Assembly: GCA_040954595.2 (NCBI GenBank)
Contig: CM082581.2
Coordinates: 1,790,699-1,854,698, forward strand
DNA length: 64,000 nucleotides
Origin: Balanoglossus misakiensis
Lineage: Eukaryota > Animalia > Hemichordata
Reading direction: 5' to 3'
The position numbers and the translations under genes were made by a program. The notes under the pieces are model-generated. The model ran no database searches. It was not told the origin of the DNA and was given only the letters and a program-made list of their open reading frames with translations. Positions 46,701 to 60,400 of the stretch are shown piece by piece. The number at the start of each line of letters is the position of its first letter. Position 1 is the stretch's first letter.

Positions 46701-49700
46701 TGATGGCAGAGAATTTATTGCCGCCATTATTGGGAGGGGAGAAATGAAAGCAGAGAATTTGTTGCCGCCATTCTTGGGAGGGGATAAATAACGGCTGAGA
46801 ATTTGTTTCCGCCATTCACGGGAGGGGAGAAATGTTGGCAGGGAATTTATTGCCGCCATCCTTGTGAGGGGCGAAATGATGTCAGTGAATTTATTGCCGC
46901 CATCCTTGGGAGGGGAGAAACTATGGCAGAGAGTTTGTTGCCTCCATTCTTGGGAGGGGAGAAATGATGGCAGAGAGTTTGTTGCCGCCATTCTCGGGAG
47001 GGGAGAAATGATGGCAGTTAATGTATTGCCGCCATTCTTGGGAGGGGAGAAATGAGAGCAGAGAATGTATTGCCGCCATCCTTGGGAGGGGAGAAACGAT
47101 GGCAGAGAATGTATTGCCGCCATTCTTGGGAGGGGATAAATAACGGCTGAGAATTTGTTGCCGCCATTCACGGGAGGGGAGAAATGATGGCAGGGAAATT
47201 ATTGCCGCCATTCACGGGAGGGGAGAAATGATGGCAGGGAATTTATTGCCGCCATCCTTGGGAGAGGAGAAACGATGGCAGAGAATTTATTGCCGCCAGT
47301 CTTGGCAGGGGAGAAACGATGGCAGAGAATTTATTGCCGCCATTCTTGGCAGGGGAGAAACGATGGCAGAGAATTTATTGCCGCCATCTTTGGGAGGGGA
47401 GAAATGAGAGCAGAGAATTTGTTGCCGCCATTCACGGGAGGGGAGAAATGTTGGCAGGAATGTATTGCCGCCATCCTTGGGAGGGGAGAAATGATGGCAG
47501 AGAATTTATTGCCGCCATTCTTGGCAGGGGAGAAATGATGGCAGAGAATTTATTGCCGCCATTCTTGGCAGGGGAGAAACGATGGCAGAGAATTTATTGC
47601 CGCCATTCTTGGGAGGGGAGAAATGATGGCAGAGAGTTTGTTGCCGCCATTCTCGGGAGGGGAGAAATGGGGGCAGAGAGTAAACTTTGTTGCCGCCATT
47701 GTCGGGAGGGGAGAAATAACGGCTGAGAGTTTGTTGCTTCCATTCTTGGCAGGGGAGAAATGATGGCAGAAAATTTATTGCCGCCAATATTGGGAGGGGA
47801 GAAATGAGAGCAGAGAATTTGTTGCCGCCATTCACGGGAGGGGAGAAATGTTGGCAGGGAATTTATTGCCGCCATCCTTGGGAGGGGAGAAATGATGGCA
47901 GAGAAATTGTTGCCGCCATTCTTGGCAGGGGAGAAACGATGGCAGAGAATTTATTGCCGCCATTATTGGGAGGGGAGAAATGAGAGCAGAGAATTTGTTG
48001 CTGCCATTCTTGGGAGGGGATAAATAACGGCTGAGAATGTGTTGCTGCCATTCACTGGAAGGGAGAAATGATGGCAGGGAATTTATTGCCTCCCCTTGGG
48101 AGGGGAGAAATAACGGCTGAGAGTTTGTTGCTTCCATTCTTGGCAGGGGAGAAATGATGGCAGAGAATTTATTGCCGCCATTATTGGGAGGGGAGAAATG
48201 AAAGCAGAGAATTTGTTGCCGCCATTCTTGGGAGGGGATAAATAACGGCTGAGAATGTGTTGCCGCCATTCACGGGAGGGGAGAAATGTTGGCAGGGAAT
48301 TTATTGCCGCCATCCTTGTGAGGGGAGAAATGATGTCAGTGAATTTATTGCCGCCATCCTTGGGAGGGGAGAAACGATGGCAGAGAGTTTGTTGCCTCCA
48401 TTCTTGGGAGGGGAGAAATGATGGCAGAGAGTTTGTTGCCGCCATTCTCGGGAGGGGAGAAATGATGGCAGTTAATGTATTGCCGCAATTCTTGGGAGGG
48501 GAGAAATGATGGCAGAGAATTTATTGCCGCCATTATTGGGAGGGGAGAAATGATGGCAGAGAATTTATTGCCGCCATTATTGGGAGGGGAGAAATGAGTG
48601 CAGAGAATTTGTTGCCGCCATTCATGGGAGGGGAGAAATAACGGCTGAGAATTTGTTGCCGCCATTCACGGGAGGGGAGAAATGTTGGCAGGGAATTTAT
48701 TGCCGCCATCCTTGGGAGGGGAGAAATGATAGCAGAGAAATTGTTGCCGCCATTCTTGGCAGGTGAGAAACGATGGCAGAGAATTTATTGCCGCCATTCT
48801 TTGCAGGCGAGAAACGATGGCAGAGAATTTATTGCCGCCATTCTTGGGAGGGGAGAAATGATGGCAGAGAGTTTGTTGCCGCCATTCTCGGGAGGGGAGA
48901 AATGATGGCAGAGAATTTATTGCCGCCATTATTGGGAGGGGAGAAATGAGAGCAGAGAATTTGTTGCCGCCATTCTTGGAAGGGGATAAATAACGGTTGA
49001 GAATGTGTTGCCGCCATTCAAGGGAGGGGAGAAATGATGGCAGAGAGTTTGTTGCCGCCATTCTTGGGAGAGGAGAAATGATGGCAGAGAGTTTGTTGCC
49101 GCCATTCTCGGGAGGGGAGAAATGATGGCAGAGCATGTATTGCCGCCATTCTTGGCAGGGGAGAAATGATGGCGATAATTTAGTGCCGCCATTATTGGGA
49201 GGGGAGAAATGAGAGCAGAGAATTTGTTGCTGCCATTCTTGGGAGGGGATAAATAACGGCTGGGAATTTCTTGCTGCCATTCACTGGAAGGGAGAAATGA
49301 TGGCAGGGAATTTATTGCCGCCCCTTGGGAGGGGAGAAATAACGGCTGAGAGTTTGTTGCTTCCATTCTTGGCAGGGGAGAAATGATGGCAGAGAATTTA
49401 TTGCCGCCATTATTGGGAGGGGAGAAATGAGAGCAGAGAATTTGTTGCCGCCATTCACGGGAGGGGAGAAATGTTGGCAGGGAATTTATTGCCGCCATCC
49501 TTGGGAGGGGAGAAATGATGGCAGAGAGTTTGTTGCCGCCATTCTCGGGAGGGGAGAAATGGGGGCAGAGAGTAAACTTTGTTGCCGCCATTGTCGGGAG
49601 GGGAGAAATAACAGCTGAGAGTTTGTTGCTTCCATTCTTGGCAGGGGAGAAATGATGGCAGAGAATTTATTGCCGCCATTATTGGGAGGGGAGAAATGAG

Positions 49701-51300
49701 AGCAGAGAATTTGTTGCCGCCATTCACGGGAGGGGAGAAATGTTGGCAGGGAATTTATTGCCGCCATCCTTGGGAGGGGAGAAATGATGGCAGAGAAATT
49801 GTTGCCGCCATTCTTGGCAGGGGAGAAACGATGGCAGAGAATTTATTGCCGCCATTCTTTGCAGGCGAGAAACGATGGCAGAGAATTTATTGCCGCCATT
49901 CTTGGGAGGGGAGAAATGATGGCAGAGAGTTTGTTGCCGCCATTCTCGGGAGGGGAGAAATGATGGCAGAGAATTTATTGCCGCCATTATTGGGAGGGGA
50001 GAAATGAGAGCAGAGAATTTGTTGCCGCCATTCTTGGAAGGGGATAAATAACGGTTGAGAATGTGTTGCCGCCATTCACGGGAGGGGAGAAATGATGGCA
50101 GAGAGTTTGTTGCCGCCATTCTTGGGAGAGGAGAAATGATGGCAGAGAGTTTGTTGCCGCCATTCTCGGGAGGGTAGAAATGATGGCAGAGAATGTATTG
50201 CCGCCATTCTTGGCAGGGGAGAAATGATGGCAGATAATTTATTGCCGCCATTATTGGGAGGGGAGAAATGAGAGCAGAGAATTTGTTGCTGCCATTCTTG
50301 GGAGGGGATAAATAACGGCTGAGAATTTGTTGCTGCCATTCACTGGAAGGGAGAAATGATGGCAGGGAATTTATTGCCGCCCCTTGGGAGGGGAGAAATA
50401 ACGGCTGAGAGTTTGTTGCTTCTATTCTTGGCAGGGGAGAAATGATGGCAGAGAATTTATTGCCGCCATTATTGGGAGGGGAGAAATGAAAGCAGAGAAT
50501 TTGTTGCCGCCATTCTTGGGAGGGGATAAATAACGGCTGAGAATTTGTTTCCGCCATTCACGGGAGGGGAGAAATGTTGGCAGGGAATTTATTGCCGCCA
50601 TCCTTGTGAGGGGCGAAATGATGTCAGTGAATTTATTGCCGCCATCCTTGGGAGGGGAGAAACGATGGCAGAGAGTTTGTTGCCTCCATTCTTGGGAGGG
50701 GAGAAATGATGGCAGAGAATTTGTTGCCGCCATTCTCGGGAGGGGAGAAATGATGGCAGTTAATGTATTGCCGCCATTCTTGGGAGGGGAGAAATGAGAG
50801 CAGAGAATGTATTGCCGCCATCCTTGGGAGGGGAGAAACGATGGCAGAGAATGTATTGCCGCCATTCTTGGGAGGGGATAAATAACGGCTGAGAATTTGT
50901 TGCCGCCATTCACGGGAGGGGAGAAATGATGGCAGGGAAATTATTGCCGCCATTCACGGGAGGGGAGAAATGATGGCAGGGAATTTATTGCCGCCATCCT
51001 TTGGAGAGGAGAAACGATGGCAGAGAATTTATTGCCGCCAGTCTTGGCAGGGGAGAAACGATGGCAGAGAATTTATTGCCGCCATTCTTGGCAGGGGAGA
51101 AACGATGGCAGAGAATTTATTGCCGCCATCTTTGGGAGGGGAGAAATGAGAGCAGAGAATTTGTTGCCGCCATTCACGGGAGGGGAGAAATGTTGGCAGG
51201 GAATGTATTGCCGCCATCCTTGGGAGGGGAGAAATGATGGCAGAGAATTTATTGCCGCCATTCTTGGCAGGGGAGAAATGATGGCAGAGAATTTATTGCC
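43800..51300 (+). repeat. Near-identical tandem duplication of a 3742-bp satellite block (approximate ends)
   Basis: Near-identical repeat-derived ORFs at constant offset 3742 (44090/47832, 44603/48345, 45187/48929, 45982/49724, 46334/50076). Confidence 0.88.
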
Positions 51301-54300
51301 GCCATTCTTGGCAGGGGAGAAACGATGGCAGAGAATTTATTGCCGCCATTCTTGGGAGGGGAGAAATGATGGCAGAGAGTTTGTTGCCGCCATTCTCGTC
51401 TCGGGAGGGGATAAATAACGGCTGAGAATTTGTTGCCGCCATTCACGGGAAGGGAGAAATGATGGCAGGGAATTTATTGCCGCCCCTTGGGAGGGGAGAA
51501 ATGATGGCCGTGAATTTATTGCCGCCATCCTTGGGAGGGGAGAAATAACGGCTGAGAGTTTGTTGCTTCCATACTTGGCAGGGGAGAAATGATGGCAGAG
51601 AATTTATTGCCGCCATTATTGGGAGGGGAGAAATGAAAGCAGAGAATTTGTTGCCGCCATTCTTGGGAGGGGATATATAACGGCTGAGAATTTGTTGCCG
51701 CCATTCACGGGAGGGGAGAAATGTTGGCAGGGAATTTATTGCCGCCATCCTTGTGAGGGGAGAAATGATGTCAGTGAATTTATTGCCGCCATCCTTGGGA
51801 GGGGAGAAACGATGGCAGAGAGTTTGTTGCTTCCATTCTTGGGAGGGGAGAAATGATGGCAGAGAGTTTGTTGCCGCCATTCTCGGGAGGGGATAAATGA
51901 TGGCAGTTAATGTATTACCGCCATTCTTGGGAGGGGAGAAATGAGAGCAGAGAATTTATTGCCGCCATCCTTGGGAGGGGAGAAACGATGGCAGAGAGTT
52001 TATGCTGCCATTCTTGGGAGGGGAGAAATGATGGCAGAGAGTTTGTTGCCGCCATTCTCGGGAGGGGAGAAATGGGGGCAGAGAGTAAACTTTGTTGCCG
52101 CCATTGTCGGGAGGGGAGAAATAACGGCTGAGAGTTTGTTGCTTCCATTCTTGGCAGGGGAGAAATGATGGCAGAGAATTTATTGCCGCCATTATTGGGA
52201 GGGGAGGAATGAGAGCAGAGAATTTGTTGCCGCCATTCACGGGAGGGGAGAAATGTTGGCAGGGAATTGATTGCCGCCATCCTTGGGAGGGGAGAAATGA
52301 TGGCAGAGAATTTATTGCCGCCATTCTTGACAGGGGAGAAATGATGGCAGAGAATTTATTGCCGCCATTCTTGGCAGGGGAGAAGCGATGGCAGAGAATT
52401 TATTGCCGCCATTCTTGGGAGGGGAGAAATGATGGCAGAGAGTTTGTTGCCGCCATTCTCGTCTCGGGAGGGGATAAATAACGGCTGAGAATTTGTTGCC
52501 GCCATTCACGGGAAGGGAGAAATGATGGCAGGGAATTTATTGCCGCCCCTTGGGAGGGGAGAAATGATGGCCGTGAATTTATTGCCGCCCTCCTTGGGAG
52601 GGGAGAAATAACGGCTGAGAGTTTGTTGCTTCCATACTTGGCAGGGGAGAAATGATGGCAGAGAATTTATTGCCGCCATTATTGGGAGGGGAGAAATGAA
52701 AGCAGAGAATTTGTTGCCGCCATTCTTGGGAGGGGATATATAACGGCTGAGAATTTGTTGCCGCCATTCACGGGAGGGGAGAAATGTTGGCAGGGAATTT
52801 ATTGCCGCCATCCTTGTGAGGGGAGAAATGATGTCAGTGAATTTATTGCCGCCATCCTTGGGAGGGGAGAAACGATGGCAGAGAGTTTGTTGCTTCCATT
52901 CTTGGGAGGGGAGAAATGATGGCAGAGAGTTTGTTGCCGCCATTCTCGGGAGGGGATAAATGATGGCAGTTAATGTATTACCGCCATTCTTGGGAGGGGA
53001 GAAATGAGAGCAGAGAATTTATTGCCGCCATCCTTTTGAGGGGAGAAACGATGGCAGAGAGTTTATGCTGCCATTCTTGGGAGGGGAGAAATGATGGCAG
53101 AGAGTTTGTTGCCGCCATTCTCGGGAGGGGAGAAATGGGGGCAGAGAGTAAACTTTGTTGCCGCCATTGTCGGGAGGGGAGAAATAACGGCTGAGAGTTT
53201 GTTGCTTCCATTCTTGGCAGGGGAGAAATGATGGCAGAGAATTTATTGCCGCCATTATTGGGAGGGGAGGAATGAGAGCAGAGAATTTGTTGCCGCCATT
53301 CACGGGAGGGGAGAAATGTTGGCAGGGAATTGATTGCCGCCATCCTTGGGAGGGGAGAAATGATGGCAGAGAATTTATTGCCGCCATTCTTGACAGGGGA
53401 GAAATGATGGCAGAGAATTTATTGCCGCCATTCTTGGCAGGGGAGAAGCGATGGCAGAGAATTTATTGCCGCCATTCTTGGGAGGGGAGAAATGATGGCA
53501 GAGAGTTTGTTGCCGCCATTCTCGTCTCGGGAGGGGATAAATAACGGCTGAGAATTTGTTGCCGCCATTCACGGGAAGGGAGAAATGATGGCAGGGAATT
53601 TATTGCCGCCCCTTGGGAGGGGAGAAATGATGGCCGTGAATTTATTGCCGCCATCCTTGGGAGGGGAGAAATAACGGCTGAGAGTTTGTTGCTTCCATAC
53701 TTGGCAGGGGAGAAATGATGGCAGAGAATTTATTGCCGCCATTATTGGGAGGGGAGAAATGAAAGCAGAGAATTCGTTGCCGCCATTCTTGGGAGGGGAT
53801 AAATAACGGCTGAGAATTTGTTGCCGCCATTCACGGGAGGGGAGAAATGTTGGCAGGGAATTTATTGCCGCCATCCTTGTGAGGGGAGAAATGATGTCAG
53901 TGAATTTATTGCCGCCATCCTTAGGAGGGGAGAAACGATGGCAGAGAGTTTGTTGCTTCCATTCTTGGGAGGGGAGAAATGATGGCAGAGAGTTTGTTGC
54001 CGCCATTCTCGGGAGGGGATAAATGATGGCAGTTAATGTATTACCGCCATTCTTGGGAGGGGAGAAATGAGAGCAGAGAATTTATTGCCGCCATCCTTGG
54101 GAGGGGAGAAACGATGGCAGAGAATTTATGCTGCCATTCTTGGGAGGGGAGAAATGATGGCAGAGAGTTTGTTGCCGCCATTCTCGGGAGGGGAGAAATG
54201 GGGGCAGAGAGTAAACTTTGTTGCCGCCATTGTCGGGAGGGGAGAAATAACGGCTGAGAGTTTGTTGCTTCCATTCTTGGCAGGGGAGAAATGATGGCAG

Positions 54301-54400
54301 AGAATTTATTGCCGCCATTATTGGGAGGGGAGAAATGAGAGCAGAGAATTTGTTGCCGCCATTCACGGGAGGGGAGAAATGTTGGCAGGGAATTTATTGC
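51240..54400 (+). repeat. 1063-bp higher-order unit in three tandem copies (approximate ends)
   Basis: ORF offsets 51249/52312/53375 and 51443/52506/53569. The diagnostic CTCGTCTCGG variant occurs once per unit. Confidence 0.85.
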
Positions 54401-57400
54401 CGCCATCCTTGGGAGGGGAGAAATGATGGCAGAGAAATTGTTGCCGCCATTCTTGGCAGGGGAGAAACGATGGCAGAGAATTTATTGCCGCCATTCTTGG
54501 GAGGGGAGAAATGATGGCAGAGAGTTTGTTGCCGCCATTCTCGGGAGGGGAGAAATGGGGGCAGAGAGTAAACTTTGTTGCCGCCATTGTCGGGAGGGGA
54601 GAAATAACGGCTGAGAGTTTGTTGCTTCCATTCTTGGCAGGGGAGAAATGATGGCAGAAAATTTATTGCCGCCATTATTGGGAGGGGAGAAATGAGAGCA
54701 GAGAATTTGTTGCCGCAATTCACGGGAGGGGTGAAATGTTGGCAGGGAATTTATTGCCGCCATCCTTGGGAGGGGAGAAATGATGGCAGAGAAATTGTTG
54801 CCGCCATTCTTGGCAGGGGAGAAACGATGGCAGAGAATTTATTGCCGCCATTCTTTGCAGGCGAGAAACGATGGCAGAGAATTTATTGCCGCCATTCTTG
54901 GGAGGGGAGAAATGATGGCAGAGAGTTTGTTGCCGCCATTCTCGGGAGGGGAGAAATGATGGCAGAGAATTTATTGCCGCCATTATTGGGAGGGGAGAAA
55001 TGAGAGCAGAGAATTTGTTGCCGCCATTCTTGGAAGGGGATAAATAACGGTTGAGAATGTGTTGCCGCCATTCACGGGAGGGGAGAAATGATGGCAGAGA
55101 GTTTGTTGCCGCCATTCTTGGGAGAGGAGAAATGATGGCAGAGAGTTTGTTGCCGCCATTCTCGGGAGGGGAGAAATGATGGCAGAGAATGTATTGCCGC
55201 CATTCTTGGCAGGGGAGAAATGATGGCAGATAATTTATTGCCGCCATTATTGGGAGGGGAGAAATGAGAGCAGAGAATTTGTTGCTGCCATTCTTGGGAG
55301 GGGATAAATAACGGCTGAGAATGTGTTGCTGCCATTCACTGGAAGGGAGAAATGATGGCAGGGAATTTATTGCCGCCCCTTGGGAGGGGAGAAATAACGG
55401 CTGAGAGTTTGTTGCTTCCATTCTTGGCAGGGGAGAAATGATGGCAGAGAATTTATTGCCGCCATTATTGGGAGGGGAGAAATGAAAGCATAGAATTTGT
55501 TGCCGCCATTCTTGGGAGGGGATAAATAACGGCTGAGAATTTGTTGCCGCCATTCACGGGAGGGGAGAAATGTTGGCAGGGAATTTATTGCCGCCATCCT
55601 TGTGAGGGGAGAAATGATGTCAGTGAATTTATTGCCGCCATCCTTGGGAGGGGAGAAACGATGGCAGAGAGTTTGTTGCCTCCATTCTTGGGAGGGGAGA
55701 AATGATGGCAGAGAGTTTGTTGCCGCCATTCTCGGGAGGGGAGAAATGATGGCAGTTAATGTATTGCCGCAATTCTTGGGAGGGGAGAAATGAGAGCAGA
55801 GAATGTATTGCCGCCATCCTTGGGAGGGGAGAAACGATGGCAGAGAATTTATGCTGCCATTCTTGGGAGGGGAGAAATGATGGCAGAGAATTTATTGCCG
55901 CCATTATTGGGAGGGGAGAAATGAGAGCAGAGAATTTGTTGCCGCCATTCATGGGAGGGGAGAAATAACGGCTGAGAATTTGTTGCCGCCATTCACGGGA
56001 GGGGAGAAATGTTGGCAGGGAATTTATTGCCGCCATCCTTGGGAGGGGAGAAATGATGGCAGAGAAATTGTTGCCCTCATTCTTGGCAGGTGAGAAACGA
56101 TGGCAGAGAATTTATTGCCGCCATTCTTTGCAGGCGAGAAATGATGGCAGAGAATTTATTGCCGCCATTCTTGGGAGGGGAGAAATGATGGCAGAGAGTT
56201 TGTTGCCGCCATTCTCGGGAGGGGAGAAATGATGGCAGAGAATTTATTGCCGCCATTATTGGGAGGGGAGAAATGAGAGCAGAGAATTTGTTGCCGCCAT
56301 TCTTAGAAGGGGATAAATAACGGTTGAGAATGTGTTGCCGCCATTCAAGGGAGGGGAGAAATGATGGCAGAGAGTTTGTTGCCGCCATTCTTGGGAGAGG
56401 AGAAATGATGGCAGAGAGTTTGTTGCCGCCATTCTCGGGAGGGGAGAAATGATGGCAGAGAATGTATTGCCGCCATTCTTGGCAGGGGAGAAATGATGGC
56501 GATAATTTAGTGCCGCCATTATTGGGAGGGGAGAAATGAGAGCAGAGAATTTGTTGCTGCCATTCTTGGGAGGGGATAAATAACGGCTGGGAATTTCTTG
56601 CTGCCATTCACTGGAAGGGAGAAATGATGGCAGGGAATTTATTGCCGCCCCTTGGGAGGGGAGAAATAACGGCTGAGAGTTTGTTGCTTCCATTCTTGGC
56701 AGGGGAGAAATGATGGCAGAGAATTTATTGCCGCCATTATTGGGAGGGGAGAAATGAGAGCAGAGAATTTGTTGCCGCCATTCACGGGAGGGGAGAAATG
56801 TTGGCAGGGAATTTATTGCCGCCATCCTTGGGAGGGGAGAAATGATGGCAGAGAAATTGTTGCCGCCATTCTTGGCAGGGGAGAAACGATGGCAGAGAAT
56901 TTATTGCCGCCATTCTTGGGAGGGGAGAAATGATGGCAGAGAGTTTGTTGCCGCCATTCTCGGGAGGGGAGAAATGGGGGCAGAGAGTAAACTTTGTTGC
57001 CGCCATTGTCGGGAGGGGAGAAATAACGGCTGAGAGTTTGTTGCTTCCATTCTTGGCAGGGGAGAAATGATGGCAGAAAATTTATTGCCGCCATTATTGG
57101 GAGGGGAGAAATGAGAGCAGAGAATTTGTTGCCGCCATTCATGGGAGGGGAGAAATGATGGCAGAGAAATTGTTGCCGCCATTCTTGGCAGGGGAGAAAC
57201 GATGGCAGAGAATTTATTGCCGCCTTTCTTTGCAGGCGAGAAACGATGGCAGAGAATTTATTGCCGCCATTTTTGGGAGGGGAGAAATGATGGCAGAGAG
57301 TTTGTTGCCGCCATTCTCGGGAGGGGATAAATAAAGGCTGAGAATTTGTTGCCGCCATTCACGGGAGGGGAGAAATGTTGGCAGGGAATTTATTGCCGCC

Positions 57401-60400
57401 ATCCTTGTGAGGGGAGAAATGATGTCAGTGAATTTATTGCCGCCATCCTTGGGAGGGGAGAAATGATGGCAAAGAATTTATTGCCGCCATTATTGGGAGG
57501 GGAGAAATGAGAGCAGAGAATTTGTTGCCGCCATTCATGGGAGGGGAGAAATAACGGCTGAGAATTTGTTGCCGCCATTCACGGGAGGGGGGAAATGTTG
57601 GCAGGGAATTTATTGCCGCCATCCTTGGGAGGGGAGAAATGATGGCAGAGAAATTGTTGCCGCCATTCTTGGCCAGGGAGAAACGATGGCAGAGAATTTA
57701 TTGCCGCCATTCTTGGGAGGGGAGAAATGATGGCAGAGAGTTTGTTGCCGCCATTCTCGGGAGGGGAGAAATGATGGCAGAGAATGTATTGCCGCCATTC
57801 TTGGCAGGGGAGAAATGATTGCGATAATTTAGTGCCGCCATTATTGGGAGGGGAGAAATGAGAGCAGAGAATTTGTTGCTGCCATTCTTGGGAGGGGATA
57901 AATAACGGCTGGGAATTTCTTGCTGCCATTCACTGGAAGGGAGAAATGATGGCAGGGAATTTATTGCCGCCCCTTGGGAGGGGAGAAATAACGACTGAGA
58001 GTTTGTTGCTTCCATTCTTGGCAGGGGAGAAATGATGGCAGAGAATTTATTGCCGCCATTATTGGGAGGGGAGAAATGAAAGCAGAGAATTTGTTGCCGC
58101 CATTCTTGGGAGGGGATAAATAACGGCTGAGAATTTGTTGCCGCCATTCACGGGAGGGGATAAATAACGGCTGAGAATTTGTTGCCGCCATTCACGGGAG
58201 GGGAGAAATGTTGGCAGGGAATTTATTGCCGCCATCCTTGTGAGGGGAGAAATGATGTCAGTGAATTTATTGCCGCCATCCTTGGGAGGGGAGAAACGAT
58301 GGCAGAGAGTTTGTTGCCTCCATTCTTGGGAGGGGAGAAATGATGGCAGAGAGTTTGTTGCCGCCATTCTCGGGAGGGGAGAAATGATGGCAGTTAATGT
58401 ATTGCCGCAATTCTTGGGAGGGGAGAAATGAGAGCAGAGAATGTATTGCCGCCATCCTTGGGAGGGGAGAAACGATGGCAGAGAATTTATGCTGCCATTC
58501 TTGGGAGGGAAAAATGATGGCAGAGAATTTATTGCCGCCATTATTGGGAGGGGAGAAATGAGAGCAGAGAATTTGTTGCCGCCATTCTTGGAAGGGGATA
58601 AATAACGGTTGAGAATGTGTTGCCGCCATTCAAGGGAGGGGAGAAATGATGGCAGAGAGTTTGTTGCCGCCATTCTTGGGAGAGGAGAAATGATGGCAGA
58701 GAGTTTGTTGCCGCCATTCTCGGGAGGGGAGAAATGATGGCAGAGAATGTATTGCCGCCATTCTTGGCAGGGGAGAAATGATGGCCATAATTTAGTGCCG
58801 CCATTATTGGGAGGGGAGAAATGAGAGCAGAGAATTTGTTGCTGCCATTCTTGGGAGGGGATAAATAACGGCTGGGAATTTCTTGCTGCCATTCACTGGA
58901 AGGGAGAAATGATGGCATGGAATTTATTGCCGCCCCTTGGGAGGGGAGAAATAACGGCTGAGAGTTTGTTGCTTCCATTCTTGGCAGGGGAGAAATGATG
59001 GCAGAGAATTTATTGCCGCCATTATTGGGAGGGGAGAAATGATGTCAGTGAATTTATTGCCGCCATCCTTGGGAGGGGAGAAATGATGGCAAAGAATTTA
59101 TTGCCGCCATTATTGGGAGGGGAGAAATGAGAGCAGAGAATTTGTTGCCGCCATTCATGGGAGGGGAGAAATAACGGCTGAGAATTTGTTGCCGCCATTC
59201 ACGGGAGGGGAGAAATGTTGGCAGGGAATTTATTGCCGCCATCCTTGGGAGGGGAGAAATGATGGCAGAGAAATTGTTGCCGCCATTCTTGGCCAGGGAG
59301 AAACGATGGCAGAGAATTTATTGCCGCCATTCTTGGGAGGGGAGAAATGATGGCAGAGAGTTTGTTGCCGCCATTCTCGGGAGGGGAGAAATGATGGCAG
59401 AGAATTTATTGCCGCTATTATTGGGAGGGGAGAAATGAGAGCAGAGAATTTGTTGCCGCTATTATTGGGAGGGGAGAAATGAGAGCAGAGAATTTGTTGC
59501 CGCCATTCTTGGAAGGGGATAAATAACGGTTGAGAATGTGTTGCCGCCATTCAAGGGAGGGGAGAAATGATGGCAGAGAGTTTGTTGCCGCCATTCTTGG
59601 GAGAGGAGAAATGATGGCAGAGAGTTTGTTGCCGCCATTCTCGGGAGGGGAGAAATGATGGCAGAGAATGTATTGCCGCCATTCTTGGCAGGGGAGAAAT
59701 GATGGCGATAATTTAGTGCCGCCATTATTGGGAGGGGAGAAATGAGAGCAGAGAATTTGTTGCTGCCATTCTTGGGAGGGGATAAATAACGGCTGAGAAT
59801 GTGTTGCTGCCATTCACTGGAAGGGAGAAATGATGGCAGGGAATTTATTGCCGCCCCTTGGGAGGGGAGAAATAACGGCTGAGAGTGTGTTGCTTCCATT
59901 CTTGGCAGGGGAGAAATGATGGCAGAGAATTTATTGCCGCCATTATTGGGAGGGGAGAAATGAAAGCAGAGAATTTGTTGCCGCCATTCTTGGGAGGGGA
60001 TAAATAACGGCTGAGAATTTGTTGCCGCCATTCACGGGAGGGGAGAAATGTTGGCAGGGAATTTATTGCCGCCATCCTTGTGAGGGGAGAAATGATGTCA
60101 GTGAATTTATTGCCGCCATCCTTGGGAGGGGAGAAACGATGGCAGAGAGTTTGTTGCCTCCATTCTTGGGAGGGGAGAAATGATGGCAGAGAGTTTGTCG
60201 CCGCCATTCTCGGGAGGAGAGAAATGATGGCAGTTAATGTATTACCGCCATTCTTGGGAGGGGAGAAATGAGAGCAGAGAATTTATTGCCGCCATCCTTG
60301 GGAGGGGAGAAACGATGGCAGAGAATTTATGCTGCCATTCTTGGGAGGGGAGAAATGATGGCAGAGAGTTTGTTGCCGCCATTCTCGGGAGGGGAGAAAT